A DNA stretch of 64,000 nucleotides from the human T2T-CHM13v2.0 reference genome, Homo sapiens. Position numbers and translations under genes: made by a program. How positions within the stretch are numbered: the first letter of the stretch is position 1; each line of letters starts with the position of its first letter. The notes below the pieces were generated by a model, which saw nothing but the letters and a program-made list of their open reading frames with translations, was not told where the DNA came from and made no database searches. This document shows, in pieces, positions 46,469 to 62,002 of the stretch. Location: the NCBI RefSeq assembly GCF_009914755.1, contig NC_060937.1; one strand, 5' to 3'.

Positions 46469-48834
46469 CCCATAATATCAAGTTGTCCATACCTGGTAAT
46501 GCTACATTTGATCAGTACTTTCAAGTAGAAACAGCCTGAGACTTCCATTCCTGTGGCAGGTTGTTGGGGGAGAGATCACTGAGTGGAGTGGTTCCCAATT
46601 GTAATCACCTGGGGACTCCTAACACAGCTGATGCCCAGCTAGCACCCAGGATAATTTAAATTAGAAACTTCAGGTTGGTATCCAGGTGTTAATATTTTTC
46701 ATCAACTAAATTGATTGATAAATCACAAACCAAAGTATTCGTGAATTTAGACTAGTTTAATGCGTGCAACTAGAAACGCAGTTAAAATATAGAGCATTTT
46801 TATCACGCTCGGGAGTTTTACCTGCTCTGTACAGGACTGATCCTGGTGATTTGGATGTCTACTAGTAATTTTGTATCAATATAGCACCTTGAAGTTTATA
46901 AGAGAGTTATGAAGAGCCAAAGTGTTGTAATATAAAGCCATATGAATACTACCACACTACCCTTAAGGACTGTGGACAGGTGTAGGAAGGAACTTTTAAC
47001 TAGCATAGCAGTTTGCAATATATATGTTTGTTATTCTTGTTCTTTGTCTTCTTCTTCCCTTCTGTCTCTTTCCCTCCCTTTTGTTCTTCTCTGCCTCCCT
47101 TCCTCCTGTCTCCCTCTCTCTCACTTCCTCCTGACTTCGTTCTTTCTTTTTTTCTGAACTCTGCCAGCTATTTTATTACAGTCTTTGCCTTAAGCAAACA
47201 AAAACAACAACAACAAAAAACTCCTGCCTTTTGACTCTGTCAATTTACTGATTTTAATCTTTATTTTAGCTAAAAATCAATGTAAATTGGATACTCTTGA
47301 GAGCCAGCAGGGGGTGTGCTAGTCTACAAATAAACTATATGATGTTTAGTGTTGGACATAATTTTATAGTTCTTGCCTAACTAAATACAGTGTTCTGTGT
47401 GGGAATATCCCATTTCACTGAGATTTGTATAGTTGCAGAATTATTACATATCATTATCATGATTTTTATAATCCTCAAAATCCAGCCAACCCCTACTTTC
47501 CTTTCTGCCATTGGGAACCCCGTAACTGCTAGCAGTGATCTCTACACTGTGTTAACCTCTTCTCTGAATATTCTCTACACTTTCCAGCCTTTGTTAACAG
47601 CTGCTCCTCATGATATCTCCTGTCTCTAGCATTCTCAGAGGAACCTGTTTTTACTGTTACTTAGCCTCAGAGCCAGAAGGAAGGGGCTGTGTGGTGTGGA
47701 CTTGGTGTTCTATCTCAACAGTGCTCTGTCAAACCCTCTCTGCTCTGCTGTCAGGTGTAGACTTCTTAGCCCTTCCTACTTCTTCAGTGTCACACATGCT
47801 CCTCACTTAAGCTCCTGGTTCATATTTATTAATTCCTATAGCCACGCTTCTGTGATCACAGGTAAGTTCACTGTTTATGAATCTCCCAGATGACTGCCTC
47901 CCATTCCTTCCCTTCACTTCTGCAACACTCCTCGGTCATCACTCCGGCATCTAAATATCCACTGCACTGACCTTATACATTTTCTCTTTCTCCCACATTT
48001 GATTCTGTGGATTGTTCTTTATAGTTAAACTATTGCAGATGTCTTCAAACAACAACCCCCTCTCTCCTACCATCACACTTAACTGGTGGACCACAATCAA
48101 AAGCAAAACAAACTATTTTCTGTATGCTTTACCCAAGCAGGTGAATTTTGCTAGAGACAAAAACACAAACAGTCTCACTGGTTTAACTTTAAATTAATAA
48201 TAACATGCCTCAAATAAGTACTTGAAATTGCCTGTTGATCTTATGCTGTGTCTTTAGAAAATTTATTTTCTTACTATGTATAAATACTATTTTATCATTT
48301 CTCCTTTATCATCCTCACAATGCTATTTTGACACTCAGCTGATGGCTTTGCATCCTGCTTGACTGACAAAAATAAAAGTCTCTAATATTTAGGCTGGAAT
48401 CATAGGAGCAAATTAGAATTGCCGCAAGCAAACCAGGGCACAACATACTTGTTTCCTTTACAAAATATGTAATATGTCAGTGAATTTTTTCCTGTAACGG
48501 GATTGCATTACAAACAATAAAGTTTTTAAGTATTTGTTTCTAATAGATTTTTATGTCAGTGTGCCAGGATCCTCATTAATGTCTTGAGATAGGTGAGTGG
48601 TTTTAAAAAATGGTATAGAGAATGAAAAGGGACTTAGCTTGGGGATTAGTAGCTGGGTTGCATATTCACCCTACTAAAAATTCACTATGTAAATTTATGT
48701 ACCTTTTATAATCTTCATAGGATTTGGTTCCTTAACTGGAAAATGAGTACACTGGCCTGCGTGATCATTAAAGACTCTTTAAATCTGACATTCTATAATT
48801 CCCTGTGTACATAAATATCCTACAGAGCTCAAAG

Positions 48835-49335
48835 TGACAAGGATTCGTTGCATGGCCATAGTTTAGTCAAGCTTCTGAACCTTTTTCTAACTCTGTATAT
48901 GTACTTCCTTATAAAATTCAGTTTTGGTAAAGAATGCTACTAAGGTAGTTTGACAAGAACTCTTCACCCTTGATATCTGATTACCCTCAATGTCTGAATG
49001 GGATTCTAATCCTCCACCATTTCTCAGGTGATGACTGATCACCCTGGCCTAGCTTCAGCAAGAATCCTGTTAGGTGAGTTTAGGCAAAATCCCCCTTACT
49101 TCTGTTTGGTCTTAGTAATTTTCCATCTATTGATTTCCACAATGCTAGTTAGCTATAAATTTCCATTTGCCCATGCTGTTTTGCAGCTAGGCCCAATCTC
49201 TCTCCCACACTTCAAGACTCTGTTATAGTTGTTCCTCCACCTATCTCAGTGGTTCTGAGGAAAATCTTCCTTACCATGCTTTAACAAGTACCATTGAATA
49301 TTATTTACTTTGAATGTTATTTACTTTATCAAAAG
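48835..49335 (+). mobile_element. MER31-like solo LTR
   Basis: tgacaagga...tttagtcaagcttctgaacc and gatcaccctggcct...cagcaagaatcctgttagg motifs. Confidence 0.7.
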
Positions 49336-50254
49336 CAGTATAAACACATGAGTATGGCTAATAACACAAGTATTGTTTTAGAAAACTGTCTTCATCATGA
49401 ATTAACAATTCTAGATTCTATGACATAAAAATAATATGTAGAAAGACCTTTTGTCATCTGTACAGTAGCATACAGGTAAATTTTCTTCAGTAAATTTAAT
49501 TGCAATAAATTTATTGTATTCTTAACTATGGTACATTATAATTAATTTTTATCATACCCCAAGGGGGTGTTGCTCATAGACTATGCTAAAACTTTTCTTA
49601 AAAATTTCACAGATGTTTTATATTAGAAAGAAGGAAGTCCCCTTGGAACATCATAAAATTTAGAAATATAGCTCAATACCCAAATGCTATAAATTCACAC
49701 ATTTTCTTTGGAGTTCCTGAGCTTTGTAAATTAAGTCTAATCCCCAATGCATAATATATGTTGTCAGCTTCCAGTTGCTATTAATAACACGTGGTTTTCC
49801 TCTTAAAACAAGTGTAGGATATTATTCTCTAACATCGAGGCATGACAGTTCCAAGTTTTTGAAGCTGAATGGGGGTGATGATTATAAATGAATTAATAGA
49901 AATTTTTAAAATACAGGAAAATTCAGAAAATTAGAAATGTACTAGGAAGTAGGCTCATTTGTTAATTGGTGCTAAGCCAAAGTCACTTAGCATAGTAACC
50001 CCGTTGAAGTGAAAATTTCCCTGAGTGGCTGAAGCAGTGATTAAAAACCTGTGATTAAAAACAGATGAAGTTATGAGAGCAAATTTTGATCACATTTTTA
50101 AAGGCATTATTTTGATTTATTTAATAAATATAATTTCTACCATTTCAAACTTATTTCAGAAAGGCTAAAATAAATGTTAATTAGTTGTAATGATTTAAAA
50201 TTAGGCTCTGTGTTTATATTGGGCCTATTTAATGTGACTTAATTTTTTTATGAA

Positions 50255-50420
50255 GCCAGACATGGTGGTGCACACCTGGTGTCCTAGCTACTTAGGAGTC
50301 TAAGGTAGGAGGACCGATTTGACCCAGGAGTTCAAGGCTGCAGTGAACTGTGATCATGTCAATGAACCCTACTTCTACCCTAGGCATCAGAGTGAAAACC
50401 TGCCACTTAAAAAAATTAAA
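50255..50420 (+). mobile_element. Old Alu monomer (FRAM/FLAM-like)
   Basis: Diverged single Alu arm with A-tail. Confidence 0.75.
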
Positions 50421-50606
50421 TTATAACATCTACACAAACTTTGTGTTTATCTAACCTTAATCTCTCATCATTCACACACACATGCACATAATCATATATA
50501 CATATATATTCTTATCATAAATCTAAATATTTAAATCTATGTCTATATTGCCTAATTTAGCATTTTCTTATTGTTTTTCCCCATTAGAAAACTGGCAAAT
50601 CACCTC

Positions 50607-51426
<820 letters not shown>

Positions 51427-51474
51427 AGCCTTCCACCTTTAACATATCCATTGTGAAAAATAATTTTCAAATGT

Positions 51475-54207
51475 TGAAATCGTCCTTATAAACTTTGTAA
51501 AATTAATTAGCGAAGAAGGGAGGCAGAGAAAAATAAACCAAGCTTGAAGCACATTCAGCATTACTTATTAGGCCGGCTTGCTCTCTGACCTGCTTCCTCA
51601 TAGTTATTTGCTTCCAATTGCTTCAGAATCATATCAGCCTTGTTGCAAGGTTATAGTTTTCTTTAACTGCCCTATACATAACGACTTAAGCATTGTGAAA
51701 CATTAAGTTTCCCATTTCAGATATTCTTTGAGGTCCTGACTCTTAGTTAAACTACTGACATCTGCTGATGTGAAGGACCTGATAAGAAGCTGACTCACTA
51801 AAAAATGCAGTTTCCACATCCTAATAACTTCATCCCCCTTAACTCAACCAGTCAGGAACCCCAATTTTCCAGACTCTTTCCATCCATGATCCCTGTATTA
51901 GTCTGTTCTCACACTGCTAATAAAAACATACTGGAGACTGGATAATTTAAAAAGGAAAGAGGTTTCATTGACTCAGTTCTGCAGGGCTGGGAGGCCTCAG
52001 GAAATTCACAATCATGGCGGATGGGGAAGCAAACATGGTAGAAGGAAAGAAAAGTGTCAAGCAAAGTGGGAAAAGCCCATTATAAAACCAACAGATCTCA
52101 TGACAACTCACTCGCTGTCATGAGAACAGCATGGGGGTAACCATCCCCATGATTCAATTACCTCCCACCAGATCCCTCCCATGACACGTGGGGACTATGG
52201 GAAGTACAATTCAAGATTAGATTTGGGTGGAGACATAGCCGAAACATATCAGTACACTCCTGGCCCCTCCCAAATCTCATGCACTCACATTTCAAAACCC
52301 CAAGTCTTAGCTCATTTCAGTATTAACTCCAAAGTCCACCTATGAGCCTGTAAAATCAAAAGCAAATTAGTTACTTCCTAGATAAAATGGAGGTACAGGC
52401 TTTGGGTAAATACATCTGTTCCAAATGGGACAAATTTGCCAAAACAAAGGAGCTACAGGCATCATGCTTGTCTGATATCCAATAGGGCAGTTAAACCTTA
52501 AAGTTCCAAATTATCTCCTTTGGTTCCATGTCTCACATCAAGGTCATGCTGATGCAAGAGGTGGGCTCTCATGGCCTTGGGCAGCTCTGCCTCTGTGGCT
52601 TTGCAGGGTACAGCCCCCTCCTGGCTGCTTTCACAGGCTAGTGTTGAGTGCCTGCAGCTTTTCCAGGTGCATGATGCAAGCTGTTGGTGGATCTACCATT
52701 TTGGGTTCTGAAGGATGTTAGACCTCTTCTCACAGCTGCACTAGGCAGTGCCCCAGTGAGTACTCTGTGTGGGCTCCAACTTAGCATTTGCCTTCCATAC
52801 TGCCCTAGCAGAGGTTCTCCATGAGGGCTCCACCCCTGCAGCAAACTTTTGCCTGGACATCCAAGCATTTCCATACATTCTCTGAAATCTAGGTGGAGGT
52901 TTCCAAACCTCAGTTCTTGACGTCTGTGCACCTACAGGCTCAACACCTCATGGAAGCTGGCAAGGCTTGGGACTTGCACCCTCCAAAGCAATGTCTTGAG
53001 CCATACCTTGGCCCCTTTTAGCCTCGGCTAAAGCTGAAGCAGCTGAAATGCAAGGCACCATTTCCTGAGGCTGTACAGAGCAGGAGGGCCCTGGGCCCAG
53101 CCCAGAAAACCATTTTTCCTATCTAGGCCTCCAGACCTCTGATGGGAGAGGCTGCCATGAAGTTATCTGACATGCCCTGGAGACATTTTCCCCATTGTCT
53201 GGTGACATTCTATTCATCATTCCTTATGCAAATTTCTGCAGTGGGCTTGAATTTATCCCCAGAAAATGGGTATTTCTTTTCCATTGCACTGATCAGGGTG
53301 CTAATTTTCCAAACTTTTATGCTGTGTTTCTTCTTGAATACTTTGCCGCTTAGAAGTTTCTTCTGCCAGATACCCTAAATCTTCTAAGTCCAAAGTTCCA
53401 CAGATCTCCTAAAGCACAGCAAGAGTGACCGTTACTTCAGTTTTCAACAAGTTCATCATCTCCATCTGAGACCACCTCACCCTGGACTATTAGCATTGCA
53501 AAGCCATTCAACAAGTTTCTAGGAAGTTCCAAACTTTCCAACTTTTTCTGTCTTCTTCTGTGCCCTGCAAACTGTTCCAACCTCTTCCTGTTATCCAGAT
53601 CCAAAGTTGTTTCCACATTTGTGGGTATCCTTATAGCAGCAACTCACTCTCTCAGGGCCAATTTAGTGTATTAGTCTGTTCTCATGCTGCTAATAAAGGC
53701 ATATCCCAAACTGGGTAATTTATAAAGGAAAGAGGTTTAAGTGACTCACAGTTCAGCATGGCTGGTGAGGCCTCAGCAAACTTACAATCATGGCAGAATG
53801 GGAAGCAAAGATGTCCTTCTTCACATGGTAGAAAGAAGGAGAAGTGCCAAACAAAGAGGAAAAAGCCCCTTATAGAATCATAAGATTTTGTGAGAACTCA
53901 CTCGCTATCATAAGAACAGCAGCATGGAAGTAACTGCCCCCATGGTTCTATTACCTCCCAACAGGTCCCTCCCACAAACACGTTGGGATTCTGAGAACTA
54001 CAATTTAAGATGAGTTTTGGGTAGGGATGTAGCCAAACCATATAAATCTCCCCTAAACCCCATTGCAGCACTCCTTGGGGAGATGGATTAGAGTGTCCTT
54101 CCCATCTCCTCTCTCAGCCCCCCTACTATCACTAAACTTTTTCTCTGCTACAAACTCTGCTGTCTCTGTTATTGTGCAGCAGGCATATGAACCTGTTGGT
54201 CCATAAA
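51475..54207 (+). mobile_element. LTR26-like ERV1 solo LTR split by THE1
   Basis: 51475-51893 and 54046-54207 read as one continuous LTR (…atgatccc|cctaaacccc…ctccttggggagatgg). Confidence 0.65.
51894..54045 (-). mobile_element. THE1 MaLR provirus (LTR-internal-LTR)
   Basis: LTRs 51894-52251 and ~53667-54045; THE1 internal with deletions; 5-bp TSD atccc / atctc. Confidence 0.9.
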
Positions 54208-54253
54208 AATATTTGTGGATTTTTTTTTTTTTTAAATGAAGCCTGTTCACTAC

Positions 54254-54775
54254 TGTGACAGCAGACTTCAAGGTGGCTCCCAATGATATCCACATCCTGG
54301 TATTCATACTCTTGTGAAATTTCCTTTATTTGAGTACAGCCTAGCCTATCGAATAGATTTTAACAAGTAGAATATGGCAAAGTGATGAAGTGTAACTTTA
54401 TAATTAGACTACAGAAATTGTAATTTTTATGTTGGTAGCAAATTATGTCTTTTGCTGGCTGTGATGGAAAATGTGATCATGATGGGTAGGCCCATGTGAC
54501 AAGGAACTGAGAGTGCCTCTGACCAATAGCTAGTAAGAAACTGAAGCCTAGAGTCAAATTGTTCTTGAGAGAGTATATGCTACCAGCAACCACATAAGTA
54601 ATCGTGGAAATGTCCTTCCCCAGTCAGATGTTCAGACTGACTTGCCTGTAGCCTTATGAGAGACACTGAATTAGGAGACCTGCCAAAACTGGGTCCAGAT
54701 TCCTCATTCACAGTTAGTCTAATAAAGCACTAAATTGTGTAATAATTTATTACACAACAATATACAACTAAAACA
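54254..54775 (+). mobile_element. Old MLT1 (E/F/G-like) LTR
   Basis: tgtgacagcagacttcaaggtggctcccaatgat...acaaggaactgagagtgcctctgaccaa. Confidence 0.7.
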
Positions 54776-55398
54776 ATCTCCTCTTTCTTCTTTCTTAATC
54801 AAGTAATAACTTGGTCTTATAATTGGGGCAAACAATTCAGCGAAAAATGAAATGTTTACAAAGTAGATATTTAAAAAGGGTCTCATCTTGACTTCAGAAT
54901 TTAAAAAAGACTTTATCCATTAAGGAGTATAAAATGACTCATGTCAAGGTATTTGGAAAAATAATAAGTTAAAAAAGATTTCCTCTCACCAGCTTAGTAG
55001 TGGATTGTGTATTTTTAAGGAAGATGAAACTTGCCAGGCAAAGGATGGGGAAATAGAATTGGTTATCCCCAGAGAGAGAATACTTGCTCATTTTTGGACC
55101 AAGTCCTCAAGAAGACAAGTAATCATATTATTTGAATGCAGAGGACATCTATGCCTTGCAGTTAGGAAGGTGTAAGATTTTTGAGAGACTATAACTAGAT
55201 GTTGTATCCAGATGGAGCCTAAGGAATCTCAGAATGTTTTGCATAATCTAGTGTAGCTTATAAGAATAGAACAATTGCAATGAACAATGGTAGCCTATAA
55301 GCAGTAGAAGAGTAGAGCAGCACCTAAGGAAGCCAAGTGGAGTTCCTGAAGTCTATCTCTGCAGTGGCCATTAGGCATCAACAAAGAAGGGAAAGGGT

Positions 55399-57744
55399 TG
55401 TATTAGTCCATTCTCACACTTCTATAAAGAACTAACTGAGACTGGGTAATTTATTTATTTTTTTAAAAAGCTGTGTAGCTGACTCACAGTTCTGCAGGCT
55501 TAACAAAAAGCATGGCTAAGGAGGCCTCAGAAAACTTGTAATCATGGCAGAAGAGGAAAAGGAAGCAAACACATCTTACAAGTGGCAGGAGAAACAGTGA
55601 GAGGGGGGAAGTGCCACACTTTTAAACCATCGGATCTCATGAGAACTCACTATCATGAGAACAGCATGGAGGAAACTGTGTCCCCAGTCCGATCACCTCC
55701 CACCACAGCCCTCCCTCAACACATGGGTATTACAATTCAGGGTGAAGTTTAAGTGGGAATACATAGCCAAACCATATCATATTACCCCTGGCCCATCCCA
55801 AATCTCATGTCCTTCTCACATTTCAAAATATAATCATGCCTTCTCAACAGTCCCTCATAGTCTTAACTCATTTTAGCGTTAACTCAAAAATCCAAGTACA
55901 AAGTCTCATCTGAGACAAGACAAGCCCTTTCTGCTTATGAGCCTGTAAAATCAAAAGCAAATTAGTTACTTCCTAGATACCATAGGGATACAGGCATTGG
56001 GTAAATTCACCCATTCCAAGTGGGAGAAATTAGCCAAAACAAAGGGGTTACAGGCCCTGTGCAAGTCTGAAACCCAACAGGGAAGTCTTTAAATGTTAAA
56101 GCTCTAAAATAATATCCTTTGACTCCAAGTCTCACATTCAAGGCACACAAATGCAAGAGGTGGGCTCCCAAGGCCTAGGGTACCTCCTCCCTTGTGGTTC
56201 TGCAGGGTACAGCTTCCACAGTTGCTTTCACAGGCTGGCATTAGTGCCTGTAGCTTTTCCAGTTGCATGGTGCAAGCTGTCAATGAGTCTATCATTCTGG
56301 GGTCTGGAGGATGGTGGGCATCTTTTCACAGCTCCACTAGGCAGTGCCCCAGTGGAGACTCTGTGTGGTGGTTCCAACCCTACATTTCCCCTTTGCATTG
56401 CCCTAGTAGAGGTTCTTGAAGGTTCTGCCCCTGCAGCAGACTTCTCCCTGGACATCCAGGTATTTCCATACAACCTTTGAAAACTAGGTGGAGGTACCCA
56501 AACCTCAACCCTTGTCTTCAGTGTACCCACAGGCCAAACATCACATAGAAGCTGCCAATTTTTGCAGCTTGCCCCCTCTGAAGCAACAGCCTCAGCTATA
56601 CCTTGGCTCCTCTTAGCAATGGCTAGAGTGGCTGGGACACAGGGTGCCATGTTGTTAGTGTGCAGGGAGTAGCAGGGCCGGGGCACAGCCCATTAAACCA
56701 TTTTTCTCTCCTAGGCCTCTGGGTCTGTGATGGAAGGGGCTGACATAAAGATCTCTGAAATGCCCTGGAAACATTTTCCCCATTGTCTTTTTTATTAACA
56801 TTCAGCTCCTTGTTACTTATGCAAATTTCTGCAGCTGGCTTGAATTTCTCACTAGAAAATGGGTTTTTCTTTTCTATCACATGATCAGGCTGCAAATTTT
56901 CCAAACCTTTATGCTCTTCTTCCCTTTTAAACGTAAGTTCTAATTTCAGGCTATCTCTTTCTTCATGCATGTAAAAATACACATCTAGAAAAAAACAGAT
57001 TTAATCTTGAATGCTTTGCTGCTTAGAAATTTCTTACACCAGATAATCATCTCTTTCAAGTTCAAAGTTCCATGGATCTCTAGGGCAGGAGCAAAATGCT
57101 GTCATTCTCTTTGCTAAAGCATAGTTAGAGTCACATTTGCTTCACTTCCCGAAAAGTTTCTTACCTCCATCTGAGACCACCTAAGCCTGGACTTCATTGT
57201 TCATGTCACTATCAGCATTTTGGTCACAACTATTCAACAAGTCTCTAGGAAGTTCCAAACTTTCTCTCATCTACCTGTCTTCTTCTGAGCCCTCCAAACT
57301 GTTTCAGCCTCTGCCCATTACCCAGTTCCAAATTCACTTGCACATTTTCAGGTATCTTTCTAGCAATGCCCCCTTTTCTCAATACCAATTGTCTCTGTTA
57401 GTTTGTTCTCACATTACTACAAAGAAATACCTGAAATTGGGTAATTTATAAAGAAAACAGGTTTAATTGACTCACAGTTTCCCAGGCTTAACAGGAAGCA
57501 TGGCTAGGAGGTCGTAGGAAACTTACAATCATGATGGAACAGGAAGTAAGCATATCTTACATGGCAATAGGAGGAGGGTAATTGCAACACTTTCAAACCA
57601 TCAGATCTTGTGAGAGCTCACTATTTTAAGAACAGCATGGAGGAAACCACCCCCATGATCCAGTCTCCTCCCATCAGGCCCCTCCATTGACATATGGGGA
57701 TTACATAAGAGATTTAGGTGGGGACACAGAGCCGAACCATATCA
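55399..57744 (-). mobile_element. MST (MSTA-like) MaLR provirus
   Basis: LTRs 55399-55779 and ~57394-57744 flank a ~1.6 kb internal region homologous to the neighbouring THE1 internal. Confidence 0.88.
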
Positions 57745-57899
57745 GGGGCCAAATCCACCATATAGCTTGGATCCATGAAATTTAGCCACAACCTAGGTGA
57801 AAGAGGAAGCAACCTTAAATTTACTGAGACTTAATTTCTAATCCTTCAGAAAAGTGTTGACTGGGTAGTCACCTCTAAAACTATGGTTTTTTCAAGCCT

Positions 57900-59205
57900 T
57901 CGTAGTCTTCTCATTGAAACAAGACTGGTCTTTCTATTGGTTCCTTTTAATAGTTTATATATTTTATTTGCTCACATATTGTTCTCCTGGTTTCTTTTAT
58001 CTCTTTGAGGTCTTTGTCCATGCTTTCCTTCAGCTCTTTAAACTCTGTGTCATACTAACAATGTCTGTGCTTCCACAGGGGCAGTTTTTTAAATTTCTTC
58101 TTTGAATGGGATATATTTTGTTATTCCTTTGCATGCTTCATATATTTTGTTTGTAACTTGGATGTCGAATATTTTAATATGGTTCTGAAATTCAGATTGT
58201 TCTCTTCAGCCTTGTTTTTTGATTTGTCTGTTGTGGGCTGTAGCTATTTGCTTCGTGACTTTTCCAAACAGTTTTTAAAAAACTGTGTTATTTTCATGGT
58301 CCCTAGAGTCTCTGCTCCTTATCGTATAATCAGTCAACATTTTGACAGGGATTTTCTTAAATGCCAGAGGAAGAGATAGAGAGGGAAGAGAATGATTTAA
58401 AAATATAAATAAGTAAAAGAAAAATATCTGCTTTTCTTTCTAGATTGGCATGGTGTTTGCATACTTTTTCAACACTTAGCCAGGCCATTTTCAACTATGT
58501 CTTATCTTTCACTTTGTCTTTCAGTAAGTCTCAGAGATCAGACAGAGTTGAAAGTTTGGAATCTTCTCAGTTTTTTCTAAGCTTGCCTCTTGCCTTGGGT
58601 GTGTATTTGGCTTCCTAAGTTTCCCAGAATACAAAGAGTATTTTTAATGTTCTTATTTTCCAAAGAAACTCTCTCCCCAGATTTTCCTATGAGGCTTGAG
58701 GAGGTCTGTTATATATCTCAACCATAACCTTTTCCTCCTTGATCTGAGGGTTGTTTGCCTTAAGAAGTTTTAAAGGAACACCTGCTGCTTTTCCACCCTG
58801 AGTGAATTTCATGTTAGGTGAAATAAAGACAAATGCCTGAGTAAGTAATTTTTGGCTAGCACCAGGCTGGTTAGAACAGATAAATACAATTATTTGTCCT
58901 TGAGGTCTCCTCTCCTCTCTTTGAAACCAGATACCAGAGTTTACACTGGGAACACTGGCTGCCATCTTCAAGACCATCATCAAACTGTCAAGAAGAACAA
59001 GGGAAAATAAAAGTGCCACATAGCTTTCTTATCATTTTTATGTTGCCTTTTTATTTATTAAGCATTTACTTGTTGGCGGTAATCCTTTGTTTTTCAGAAT
59101 TCCGATAAAGTTGATTCTGATCATTTTTGCTTGATTTTTTTGAAGTTTCTGTGGAGTGATGGGCCATTGAAGCTGCCCACTCTACCACTTTTGCTGGCAT
59201 CCTCT
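57900..59205 (-). mobile_element. Old L1M fragment
   Basis: T-rich degraded antisense L1M-like sequence; subfamily uncertain. Confidence 0.5.
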
Positions 59206-60771
59206 AAGCTAATAGTTATTCAGCAATAGATACATAATGTTCTGACTCAAACTAAAATTAAGTTGCATGTATTAGGCATCTCTTATGTGTTTCTTGATTC
59301 TCTCAGCGCTGCCATCTTCCCTACCTGCTTCACTTCCCTCCTTACTCCTAAGACTTCTATCTTCGGTATTGCTACAATAATTCCTGAGTCCTGGACCATG
59401 TAGCCACTATTTCATAAATTAATGCAACAAGTAATAGGTGACCATTTGTATGTGACTTCTGAGAATCCTTAGGCACAACCGTTCAAGACCCACAGACTTA
59501 GAGACAAGCACCAGACTGATAAACTAAACCGCCATGTTATTGGTTCTTCCTATCATTTCTGAACTTGGAGAAAATCTATGCTTTTGGCTAAAGAAACTGT
59601 CTAGCATAACAGGAAAAATCAAGACGATGAATTTCCTTTTTCTCCTCCTCTCCATGAACTGTTCTACAAAGCAGCAGTTAATAATGCCTCAATGAAGACA
59701 TCATTGAAGGCCAAGTGATCAGCTGTGCTTGATATGAAGAACAATCAGTTTCCTAATACACTCTTTTCTGTGTGGTCTCCATCCTTTCTGGCCACACTTT
59801 GTTTTCCGTCCCCCTCCCATTTCTCTTTCTGCGGGATTGTACTTCTCAATGAAATAATACCATATAAGTTTAATTTAGGTTGTGTTTTCTACAGAACATT
59901 GGGTGAGGCCTTAAAATATAGAGGATTTTTTTTAATGTGTGTTGTACCCAACCAAGTGTGCAAACTAAGATTCATAACAATTACACATCATCACTAGCCA
60001 TTCTAATTTTGCACAATGTAAATTCTCATTAGCAATATATCTTTTTGGAGTTTAAATTTAGGGCAACAATCATCACAGCTAGGTAATTGTAAGGTTATTA
60101 AATTCACCTACTCCACAACTATTCATTAAATGGTCAACAGTGGTTGGCATATTATGCAAGATAACACCGCTTATAAATAGATTCAGAAGCCATGGTTTGT
60201 GTCCTCTAGGGGCTAATAACTGCCTAGAATTACATTACTTGAATATTGTTTCCCTTTTAATAGTGTTACTTTTGGAGATATTTTAAATTACTTCATGTAG
60301 AACCAAAAAGAAGGTAGCCTAGTTTCTGTTATTCTTTTAGTCACAGCAAAGCAAAATCTTTATACCAGTAATTTCAAAGTTATCCAAGTCCACTTTGACA
60401 AAAACACCTGAGTACAGGCAGAAAGAGAATAACTTCAGTATGATGGATAAAGAACAGAACAAAGATGTATGTGGGTGAAATTCACGTAAACAGAGAATGA
60501 AATAGTCTTGCTAAACCACTGAAAGTTTTAGTAATTTTGAGCAAATTTCTTTTACCTTTTTACATCTTCAGATAGAGGCTTCTTCATTTTCTATCTCTGG
60601 TATGCATCTCCTATATACTTACTTAGGTTTGAAACAGCCTCTCTGCATATGCCATAATTTCATATCTATCAATTTTGAAAAGGAAACTGGCAGAGTTGGG
60701 AACTTTTGTGCTTCTTCTAGCTTGATTTCACTAAAAATTCTTAATCATTCTTTAATATAAATAAGAAATAG

Positions 60772-61142
<371 letters not shown>

Positions 61143-61309
61143 TCATGGAAGCAGGTTTAAGGGAGGAGGCTCTGCAGTACTTGTCTGCGAGCTACAGATT
61201 GTAGATCACCCAAGCGAATGACCAAAATGGCAATTTATCTGCGGGGGTAGAAATCAAAGAGAGATGATAAAATAGGATATCCCTCCTGTAGCCTGGAACC
61301 AAATCTCTG

Positions 61310-61450
61310 TCACCTTTTGGCATGTTCACAACCCAAACTCTCTGTGCTTCAGTTCCCTCACCTAAAAAATGTGGCTAATAGTAATACCACTTTCATAACA
61401 AGTGTGAAAATTATGGTATACCAGCACTTGGAACATTGTACGTATCCCGT
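61310..61450 (+). mobile_element. MIR fragment
   Basis: Core motif ctctctgtgcttcagttccctcacctaaaaaatg. Confidence 0.7.
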
Positions 61451-61537
61451 AAACTTCAGAAGTCATTCAACCTAAACTGTTAATGCATTAAGGGTAAGAT
61501 ACTAAATATGTCAGATCATGATAGAAAGGTTAAATAA

Positions 61538-62002
<465 letters not shown>

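Noticed and set aside
52638-57451. Cluster of 75-152 aa ORFs
   Set aside because: All lie in THE1/MST internal sequence and are broken remnants.
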